A DNA stretch of 64,000 nt from Octopus sinensis (lineage: Eukaryota): positions 70,990,001 to 71,054,000 of the forward strand of contig NC_043002.1 in assembly GCF_006345805.1 (NCBI RefSeq), written 5' to 3'. The notes beneath the pieces were generated by a model, which did not search any database, was not told the DNA's origin, and worked only from the letters and a program-made list of their open reading frames with translations. This document shows positions 53,132-64,000 of this stretch, one piece after another; position 1 is the stretch's first letter, and each line of letters opens with the position of its first letter. Both the position numbers and the translations under genes were made by a program.

Positions 53132-53305
53132 TATATATAATTATAAAGTAATAAACAAAGAAAGGAATTCCTTCAAAGGGGTGTCTAAAACATCCAAGTC
53201 ACTGGTACGTCTGTTGAATACCATATAAATATGAGTATAATGCAAATTACAAACAATTAAATAAATAGAGAGATTCAATTGACAATACAATATACATACA
53301 TATTA

Positions 53306-53512
53306 AGGCGGCGAGCTGGCAGAAACGTTAGCACGCCGGGCGAAATGCGTAGCCGTATTTCGTCTGCTGTTACGTTCTGAGTTCAAATTCCGCCCTGGTT
53401 GACTTTGCCTTTCATTCCTTCGGAGTCGATAAATTAAGTACCAGTTGCGTACTGGAGTAGATCTAATCGAGTGGCCCCTCCCCCTAAATTTCAGGCCTTG
53501 TGTCTAGGAAAT
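53306..53512 (+). mobile_element. tRNA-derived SINE family B (Meta/MESC-like central domain)
   Basis: GGCGGCGAGCTGGCAGAA head, B box GAGTTCAAATTCC, central GCCTTTCATTCCTTCGGAGTCGATAAATTAAGTACCAG. Confidence 0.85.
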
Positions 53513-53833
53513 AAAAAATAAAATAAATGCACCCTTTTAAAGCCTAGCCAGGCTCACGGGCCCGGTTTCCCGTTTCAATAACATACGTGCTCCCCAACTC
53601 TACGGGACGCCAGTCCATTGCAGCGTTACTCCTTTTTGCGAGCTGAGTGGACAATTTCTATGCATATATGTATATAGGCAGATGTCATCTATCTATCTAT
53701 ATATCCATCTCTCTCTCACTCTCTCTCCGTCTATATATATTTACATGAGTGTGTGTGTTTGTGTGTCTGATTGTGCTAGTATATATATATATGTGTGTGT
53801 AACTATATATGTGTGTGTAAGTATAAATATATG

Positions 53834-53874
<41 letters not shown>

Positions 53875-56339
53875 CACCTGTAATCTATTAACGGCATCTT
53901 TCAAGTTAAGACTATATAATATGTGAAGAACATAAATAGCGCTATTTCTACACACTAATTCGAACTATTGATGACCATGCACTACTGCAACTCGCTGGAA
54001 CATATAATTTTGAAGCAATATCGTGTCAAGAATGAGAAAAGATGTAGAATGCATATATGCTATAATAATATCTTTAAAGATACTACACATTTGTGAACTG
54101 TAGAGAAGATACGATAACCTTTTCTGAAAAGCTAACTCAGCACTATAAATTTAGAAAATCAAGTTATTGTCTTTAAAGGTCAGTCACTGATTTATTACAA
54201 TACACTATATTTTAATGTTAGTTGGAGCTGAATATGGAGTAACATTGTAGTACTGACATATTTGATACTACTTACTAGTGCTTAGAAAACTAATGGAAGC
54301 GATCTTGGAAATAGTTCCATTTGTCAGGAAGGTAAAATGGGGATATTATAACCTATATTGGCTACGATTAATAATATAAGGACAAAAGAATACTGGATAT
54401 ACAACTAATTTTTCTTTGTCATAATATATTAAAAAATATAAGTTTTCATTTTAATGTATAGTTGTAGATTCAAATACGGGGAGAATTCAGAAACTATAAA
54501 TGTATGGTGATGAAACATATCAAACATTTTCAGATCCGTATGTAGAAAGTACCAGTGGGTCTCGATTTTTGATATCCTATGATTTAAAAGTTAAAGAATA
54601 AACCATATCGAACACCAATTATTTATAAAAATATAATACGAAATTTTACAGTCTGTTTCCTTTTTCTTATATTGTATATAAGATTTATTTTATATAAGAT
54701 TTATTTTCAGTTACAGTTATTGATAAGATTGTTACATAATTGGACAAAATCCTATATTACTAGTTACTTCAACATAAGTACCGTATTTCTTTATAAAAAA
54801 CCAGATATTCTCTTAAGAAAATTTCATATAGAGGTAAGTATACATTCTCACAAATATATATGTACACACACATGCACGCACGCAACACACATACATATAT
54901 ACGCAAAACACTCTTTTGCATATAGTAGAGAGACATATGGAACGATATGTTCATGAAGTATTTTACTATTAAACTCAATGGACTACTTGCTTAGAGAAGC
55001 ATTTAAAAAATATTGCAGAATAGAACACACCTCAAAATACATCAATTAAACAAAAAAATATGAAGGGAAAAGTATACACTTCGTACAACCAGCGACATTA
55101 TCGTAAAAATATATACATAAATAGATAATTAAATATTGGATTAAATATGATTATAAAAATAGAAATCGAAACATTTTTCTTTAGTGGTATCTTATGAAAC
55201 ATCCATGATGCAACGATTTTCTATACCCAATATATCATCCAAATGACTCCTATTAATATCACTTTCAAAGGCCAGAAAATTTAGAGGGAAGGAACAAATC
55301 GATTTCATCGACCCCACTGCTCAACTGGTAGTTATATTATCGACCCTGAAAGTATGAAAAGGCAAAGAGGAACCCTGCTGAATTTCAACACAGAACGTGA
55401 ATCCCGATACTGTTAGTATAAAGACCTCCTTTGATTTAACAACATAGAACCAGTTAAAGTTCTGGTAAAGAAATGTTGATAACTCTTCCAAAATACTAAG
55501 ATATACGGTGCTATCACGGTGTGATTTTACAGTCATTAAACCTGTCTGAAACAAACGACTGTTTTAAAATATAATAGAATAAAATGCTGGAAAATATTGT
55601 CCTAAGGTCATTATGTTTGAAATAAAACTAAGGCAGAATACTAAGATCTGAAATGATGGGATAGAAACCAACAGTAGTAAGAACGGGATATTGCTAAGAG
55701 CAGAAAAAGGCATACAACGACAGCATGACACTGCAATTGGATCTCTGTGGCAAATAAATGATAATATGAAGTATAATAAATTATGTTTATAACTGCCACC
55801 GTCCTTGAAATATTGGACTATAGCTCCAGAATTAACTAAAAAATTCTGCATCTGCAGTCTGAACAGCAACAATAACAACAGAATCAAGAACATCATTATC
55901 AGATTCAGTGTGACCAAAATAACAGTAAGATTGGCATCGATTCCTATGCCGTGCCAAATAATGGAAGAATCAAAGATACTTATCTATATAAACTCGCATA
56001 TATTCATAGGTTGTTAGCATATTATCACTGCTTTGCATTTCAGAATCTAGACAAATTATGTGTGTGTGTTTGTGCTTGTGCACGTACGTATATTTATATA
56101 TATTTATTTATATAATATACACTTATATACTTATTTGAATTATATTGATATAACAATATATATTATATATATATACATATAAGTATACATATACCTATAT
56201 ATATATATATATACGTATAATATATATAAATGTGTGTGTGTATGCATGTATATAACTTTATACAGGCACGTAGAGAAACACCCACACAAATATGAACATA
56301 TGGACACAGAAGCAAAACCAATAGCAACAAGAACGAGGA

Positions 56340-56374
56340 TGATTATGGTGATTATGAGGATAATAATAATAATG

Positions 56375-56444
<70 letters not shown>

Positions 56445-56540
56445 TAATAACAATAATAATAACAATAATAATAACAATAATAATAATAATGATAATAATA
56501 TTAATATTAATAATAATAATAACAATAATAATAATAACAA
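56340..56540. repeat. (TAA)n microsatellite with CAA/TGA variants
   Basis: Directly visible. Confidence 0.95.
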
Positions 56541-56704
56541 TGCAATAAACGAAACCGAAGTACAAACAAGAAATAATGGTAACATAAATGAAGGGAATGG
56601 AAAAAAAAAAACATCTGCTAGAAATAGACTAAATGATATTCTTGAAGTTCATTCGCCATATTTAATCAGCAGCGAAGCAATAGTTGCGTTCGATTTACTA
56701 CGAG

Positions 56705-56736
<32 letters not shown>

Positions 56737-57569
56737 TATTCTCACGTAATGCTACTTGTACAATTTATTTTCATTTTCATTGTTTCGTTCTTTAGTTTAA
56801 TTAATTCCAGACCATCTATTGATTACTGTGTGTTTGTATTATTGTGTTATAACAGTGTTATTGTTCTTCTTGATGTTGTTCTCGTTGTTGTTATGATTAT
56901 TATTATTATTATTATTATTATTATACTTGTTGCTGTTCTTTTTGTGTTGTTGTTACTTCGTTGCATATTTGAAAAGCGCAGTTTATTTCAGTCCATTTAA
57001 TGAGGATTTATTTTATCAGTTGTTCTGTTTGTATCCCCGTTTTGTTTATTTGTTTGAAATTTGGGTGCTTCGATGGAGTCCCGGTTGGCAGGCTGGTTTG
57101 TTGGCTGATAATTGTTTAGACCTTGTTTGTTTGTTTGTACTACTGATTTTATTGTGAGCTTAATTCATTGTATGCTGTTGTTTATTTTCTTGTTGGGTCG
57201 GTTATTTCGTTTTATAAAACTGTTTCGTCCGCTTCCTTCATTTGTTTGTCGGTCGGTCGGTATTTTGCTATGGTAGATGTGTTTGTCGCAGTGAGATAGA
57301 GTGATTACAATTCAACACGGTGGAAATGCTCATTGCCTATTCGCAAATACAGCCATATAAACAAATACTGTATAAGTATCGCATAATTATGTACATAATA
57401 CGTAATATATTTGTATGTGTATGAAAATGTGTATGTCGGTGGTGTGTGTAAATGTGTGCATGTGTATGTGCATGCTGTATATATATATATATATATAATA
57501 TATATATATATATATAAATGTGTGCATGTGTATGTGCATGCTGTATATATATATATATAATATATACAT

Positions 57570-57611
<42 letters not shown>

Positions 57612-57616
57612 CATAT

Positions 57617-57988
57617 ACTCTTTTACTCTTTTACTTGGTTCAGTCGTGTGACTGTGGCCATGCTGGAGCACCGCCTTTAGTCGTACAAATCGACCCCAGG
57701 ACCTATTCTTTGTTAGCCTAGTACTTATTATATCGGTCTCTTTTGCCGAACCGCTAAGTTACGGGGACGTAAACATCAACAAGCGATGTTGGGGGGGGGA
57801 TCACATACGCACACATATATATATACGGCGGGCTTTATTCAGTTTCCGTCTCTCAAATCCACTGACAAGGCTTTGGTCGGCCCGAGACTATAGTAGAAGA
57901 CACTTGCCCAAATTGCCACGCAGTGGGACTGAACCCGGAACCAAGTGGTTCGTAAGCAAGCTACTTACCACACAGCCATACCTACGCC
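57617..57988 (-). mobile_element. SINE family A
   Basis: Reverse complement of the family A consensus. Confidence 0.88.
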
Positions 57989-58487
57989 TATATATATATA
58001 TATATAAGTATGTATTTATATATGTGTGTGTGTGTGCAAGTATATACATATGTGTATTTTCAGAAATTTATATGTGCAAACGTATGAATATGTGCGTATA
58101 TAAACATATTTTCATACACGCATTCGCAGGAAGAAGGAGGTGGGGAAGTGGAATGGCAGAGATAGTAACAGACGGAAGCTGTATGTGAGATTTTGAGAGA
58201 GTGATAATTGAAAGGGTTGTTGCCCATAGGGGGAAATGAAATAAAGACAATTGCACGAAACAGTAGTAACAATAAATAAATAGTGTGAAATAAACGATAA
58301 ATAGACAGGTGATCAAGTATATAATCTTAAATAGAAATTAATTGAACGACTAAGAGAAAGTGGGAAATACAGAAGTTGAGTTATATAACGAGAGTTGTTA
58401 GAGAATTAGTGAAAATGTAAAAGTTTTGGAGAAAAAGAGCGAGTTATAACGGGAAAAAGAAAGATATAGAAAGTATGAGAGAGGAGT

Positions 58488-58752
58488 GAGCTGGCAGAAA
58501 GGCGGCGAGCTGGAAGAAAGGCGGCGAGCTGGCAGAAGCGTTAGCACGCCGGGTGAAATGCTTAGCAGTATTTCGTCTGCCGTTACGTTCTGAGTTCAAA
58601 TTCCGCCGAAGTCGACTTTGCCTTTCATCCTTTCGGGATCGATGAAATAAGTACCAGTTACGCACTGGAGTCGATGTAATCGATTTAATCCGTTTGTCTT
58701 TCCTTGTTTGACCCCTCTGTGTTTACCCCTTGTGTGCAATAAAGAAATAAGA
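58488..58752 (+). mobile_element. SINE family B with reiterated 5' head
   Basis: Matches 53306 and 62597 copies; tail AATAAAGAAATAAG. Confidence 0.88.
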
Positions 58753-60154
58753 AAGTATGTGAGAGTAAACCAGAAAGAAAGGGTGAAAGAATACACATAG
58801 ATAGTTGATAGAGAGAAAAAATTTAAACAAGGCGATGGAGAGAGGGAAGAACTGCATAGAGAGAGGAGAACTAGAGAGAGGGAGAGAGAGAGGGGAAAGA
58901 GAGTTGGATGGGACAAGCAAAACGTTACACAAATGTGAAAAATGTTTTAGCTGCATTACACAGAATGAAGAGCAGTTCAGAGATAGAAACAGCTACAGAA
59001 GAAATACTGAATTAGGTGAAATATAGTAAGGTGGGTGATGAGACAGCTACAAAAGAATGAAAACAGAGACTTACAGAAAGAGGCAGTTGCAGAGAGCAGA
59101 AAAGATTGAGATTAGATCATTTCTGAAAATTGCTTAGCTGGCAAGAATCTTGAAGAGAAGTAGGTGAGGTGAAAATTTGTACGAGGTTGATAGTCGCATA
59201 GAAAGGGATTGAAAAAAGTGATAAAATTATCCAGTGGGTCAATCATTGTCTCAGAGCCTTTCTGTGTGCAAGATAATCAAGAAAGTGTATCTAACTCGAT
59301 GTAGAACAAATAATGTTGACGTTTGATCTTTCGACTTGACTTTGGCTGTGTACGTCAGTTAAAGATACATACACACACGGACAAACTCAAAATTACAAAC
59401 GCATGATATATTAATACATAGGCACACATGCACACTCACACGTGCGGGTGCTCGTGTGTATGTGTATTCATGCATGTATTTGAATATTCGACGCGTAATA
59501 TCTCCATTAAATATCACTAGTAGATTACTGGTCGATCTGAGATTATTGTAGAAAACACTTGCTCAACGTAGCAAGCTGTGAGATCGTAACTTTGTTCTTG
59601 TCATCACCCCCCCAATTCCCCCCCTCTCTCATAGAGAATGCACAAAGTCAACAGAGTAATGATTAGATTACGAAAACTGCACTACTTATTAGAAAATATT
59701 TTAGATCTACCGTCTCCAAAATATCTACGAAAGACGGCTGACGACAAAGATGGTGTACAATATCCTCATCGGAAGATGAACAGTTTAACTTCTGAATCGA
59801 ATCCAAACCATGGCCACTCTTCTGACTGGTATAATGTCGCTTACGAATAGTCTTCCAATTATGTCCCTGGTATGAACTATTTCCCGTTTATGCTTTCTCT
59901 ACTATTAGTACTGAGTCTAATGTTCCTCGGATAAGTCTGATCACAGGGCATCTCTTCAATTCCGATGAAACCAATCAGCATCCACTATCGAACTCTCGAC
60001 CATCCAACGCTCGATATTTTCACACTAACAAAGTTCAGCTCCAGCAACTCCTCTGTCTGTGTGTGCCTGTGTGTCAGTGTGTCAGTGTGTACATGTAGTG
60101 TATGTAGTGGTTGTGTGATTCTTACAGAGATTTATGCAAACACTTACACATATA

Positions 60155-60369
60155 CGCGGGGTGCCAAAAAGTTCCTGGGTTTGGTAAAACTAAATACAGG
60201 AGAATAAGTTAATTATGATTTTATTCACAATATTCACCTCTCAGATTTACTCATTTATTGTTGCGATCCATTAGCGTTTCTGAGCCCAGTAAAAGAACGC
60301 TGAAGGTTGGGACTCTAACCAGGCATTGCGCTCTCCCCTTAAAGCCAGGGACTTTTCAGCTCCCACTCG
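60155..60369. mobile_element. Mariner-type MITE
   Basis: Imperfect TIRs CGCGGGGTGCCAAAAAGTTCCTGGGTTT and AAAGCCAGGGACTTTTCAGCTCCCACTCG; TA on both sides. Confidence 0.8.
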
Positions 60370-61544
60370 TATGTATATGTATATATATTCATGTGTCCCA
60401 TCGTGGCCAGAGCTTTTGGACTGAAATGCATAAAAGAATAAAATACTATATATACCTATTTATGCTTATTCACAGTGAAGGTTTTGGGTTTCGTTCTTCA
60501 TTTCCTATTAATGCTTCCCCACCTATATTGTATCTATTCTCTGGTTTCCTTTTCACCGTGTGTCCGGTGTTCCCTGTTTGGACTTGACTCTCGGGGGAAC
60601 ACTTCAATCATAATTTTCACTGAAGCTGCGACCTGATTTGTCAATATACAAGGTGAACTCGTGCTTAGAAAGCCTGTTCAATGCCATGGATACAGTCATG
60701 TGCACCAGATTAAACAAAAATATTAGATAGAACACAAAGCGATATATTAGCAGAGCAAACAACTTAATGATATGGGCTTATATAATTGTGGGATCCGGAA
60801 CTAGCGAGAAGAGAATGTTGAAGAATGCGAAGGAGAGGTAGGAAAAGAAAAGTAGAAAGGGATGAAAGGGGAGGGGGAGGGGAAGAAAGATTAGAGGATT
60901 TGTAAATGATAATCATAGCTGGAGAGAAAAGGAAATAGAACAGGTTGGAGAAGGCATGTGTGAGAGTACTTGGTTAGCTTGTGTTAAAATGAAAATAGGC
61001 GATAGAAAGGGAAAGGGGAACCAAGGTTAGATAATCTGTGAAAGTGTTTTCAGAGCGAGAGAGATAGAGAAAGAGAAAGACTGAGGAAATGAGAGGACGG
61101 AAGTTATTTTGATAACTTCTTTTCAACAAACACAGGCAACAACAACAACCCCTAAAAAAATAATAAAATGCAATACAAGTAAGAGTTGTTTGAGAAAATC
61201 TGTAATAAGTTTGAGCAAGGGAAGATGTACTAAAAAAGTTAGGGCATTGCTTTGATGAATCTGTGGAATGTTGCATTCTGTTGTTATTTTTTCCACTGGA
61301 TCCTAGGTAAATAAATATATAAACACGCCAGTGTTTACATGCACTCAGGCAAATTATGCATCTTTAAATACTTACATCATGTGCCATCGCGTGCATTCCA
61401 ACACCGGTGCGATCATGTGACGCTTTATACATAATGGAAGCAAATCGTTGTAGCAACAGAGATTCGTGATAGTGTGTGAGTTTACAATGAGGATACAGGC
61501 CGGTATGTACAGTGTGCGGGCTCAGTTATGTGTATTATGCATGT

Positions 61545-61561
61545 ATGCATATATGTATTGA

Positions 61562-61605
<44 letters not shown>

Positions 61606-61733
61606 TATATATATATGTATATACAAATTTATATATATGTATAGATTTATATATATACATGTATATACATGTATATATATATGTATGTATTATGTACATA
61701 TACATATATTATATATATATATATGCATATATG

Positions 61734-61792
<59 letters not shown>

Positions 61793-61845
61793 ATATATGT
61801 ATATACATACAAGTGTATATATATATATGTATATATATATATGGG
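61545..61845. repeat. Degenerate (TA)n/(TATG)n microsatellite
   Basis: Directly visible. Confidence 0.9.
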
Positions 61846-62058
61846 CGGTGGTGTATGTGCATGAATGCGAGTGAGCATGTGCATGCATTTCTATCTCTTT
61901 CCGTGTCTCTGTATTCATGGTATCCATGTGTTTGTGTGTCTCTCTCTATTGATTTATATTTACAAATAAATACATTTGGAAATATTTATAGTATATTTAG
62001 ACAAACACTGACGCATAATATTTGTGTGAATAGATAAACACACACACACACACACATA

Positions 62059-62093
<35 letters not shown>

Positions 62094-62596
62094 GCGCATA
62101 TGTGCTTGTGTGTGTGTGTGTGTGTGTGCGTGGATGTATGCGACACTGCTTATATACATGTGTACACGTATGCTTGACGTAAATATGATTTTTTTTTCTT
62201 CCAGAACTGTTGTTCGACGTCCAATTTTACAAAGTGTGTTCATGCAGATTGTTTTCTCTATTAAATAATTTGTGAGTTCAAAAGGAAAATATTCACATCA
62301 CAGTGTGTGAATAGCTCTGTTGTTACCTCCTACCAATCAGTGGCTCACAGCTTCAATGCACTGAATTAAACTCACTACCTGCAATGCTATTTATATTTAA
62401 AGTCGTCAGTCTTTGTATTTTTGGAAACCAATATAGGTTTGTGTTGCATAACTATATTTACTTACATATGTGCACAATATATACACACATATATATATAA
62501 GTATATGTATGTGTGTATCGGTATATATGCATATGTATATATGTATATGTATGTATGTATCTGTGTATGCTTATATATATATATATATATATATGA

Positions 62597-62832
62597 AGGC
62601 GGCGTGCTCGCAGAGACGTTAGCGCGCCGTTGCGAAATGCTTAGTGGTATTTCGTCTGGCGCTACGTTCTGAGTTCAAATTCCGCTGAGGTCAACTTTGC
62701 CTTTCATCCTTTCGGGGTCGATTAAATAAGTACCAGTTACGCACTGTGGTCGATATAATCGACTTAATCCGTTTGTCTGTCCTTGTTTGTCGCCTCTGTG
62801 TGTAGCCCCTTGTGGGCACTAAAGAAATAAGA
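62597..62832 (+). mobile_element. SINE family B
   Basis: Same head, B box, central domain and tail as 58520-58752. Confidence 0.88.
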
Positions 62833-64000
62833 AATAATTGGGCAAACCGTAATTTTAGCCGTGTTTTTTAATATTCTGTACTAAAGTAAACTCACAGCCC
62901 GAATTCACCGACTGTTTCATGCATATATGCAGTGCGCTTCTTCAGGTGATAACCATGCCTTAAAACACATGGCAAAACGTCATTCAACCAATAAAATGTG
63001 CTTTTCGAGCACCACAATTACCGCAAAACTATTATCCAGATCAAGAAGTTATAACTCCATGTCACAGGCTTCCCCCTTGACCTCCCGCTTCCCAATCCAT
63101 AGCTAAGAACCTTGTACCTCTCTCAAAACACAGTCTGAAATTTTTTGGCTACTTCTTCCCCATCACTTCTTGAACATATACTCTGTATTTGCATCCAATG
63201 TCACATAGCTAATGTTACATAAGGATCTTCAAACACCATTTCTTTCCCCTCCACAAAGTTCTCACACGACCACATGTGCAACATCTACGAAAGAACATCC
63301 ACTCGCTTCAAATAAGCATGGCTAATTACTCTGACAATTTCTCATTTACTTACCTCGAAGTATCCCAGAACTACCTTCAGTGTTCTTCTTATTCTTCAAT
63401 ATATCGTTCTTCGTGTGTACCACGTGATTTTTGGAAATGCACTGCTGTAAGTCCTATTCTCTTTTAGTCCTGCCGCATATCAAAGAATCACATCCAATTC
63501 TAACAACTTAAAAAGTTGAACATATCTCTTGTACAGCTTTCTCTCGGCAGTGCAAATTAATACGTCTTTCGTAAAACCGCACTTACTGGAGATCTATATT
63601 ACTATGACATCCAAAAGCGGGGTTTTGCCTTCGCAAAATTCGGTAAACCTGATATTGTTACACAAAGCTTCAACAGCGCATTCCATTTGATTTCAGGAAA
63701 TAACTGACCAACACATTTTGTAATCTAATCCATCAGAGTGTTGTCTTATCTCTCTGAATATCTACAGCATCAAAGTAGTTCCAAGTACTTAGAGCTGCCT
63801 TATCTCATATCATTTCCATTCAAGCATTTTTGGTTCATATAAAATTTCTTCTCTCGTAAACATATTTGCTCCATAGCTAAGGTCATCCACACTGCAAAAT
63901 CCATTATATCCAGATCTCCCTCTACATCACGCCAGCTCACTTGAATGCTCTCCTAGCAGGGAGTTTTCCCTCCAGCCCTAAAACTTTGCAGCCGTTTGCA

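Overview
AT-rich, microsatellite-dense eukaryotic DNA with no intact host protein-coding gene that I can support; most ORFs in the track are microsatellite artefacts. The repeat families resemble those of octopus/coleoid cephalopods (inference, not verified). The window is a transposon mosaic. It holds four copies of R4/Dong-type non-LTR retrotransposons (RT plus restriction-like endonuclease), all sitting in or next to trinucleotide microsatellites, one nearly full length at 25.5-28.8 kb. It also holds a Penelope-like relic with a GIY-YIG tail and a degenerate type I hammerhead ribozyme, an autonomous-Helitron 5' half fused to a mariner transposase 3' half, several non-autonomous Helitrons/Helentrons, Tc1/mariner-type MITEs, a tandem RTE 3' end, and three tRNA-derived SINE families. 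Unexplained structure includes a decayed modular array at 19.7-24.2 kb, an inverted repeat at 36.5-36.9 kb and a few candidate micro-exons. I found no unambiguous novel system; the best leads are microsatellite-targeting RLE-LINEs with apparently different target triplets, the PLE hammerhead and a bipartite SINE.
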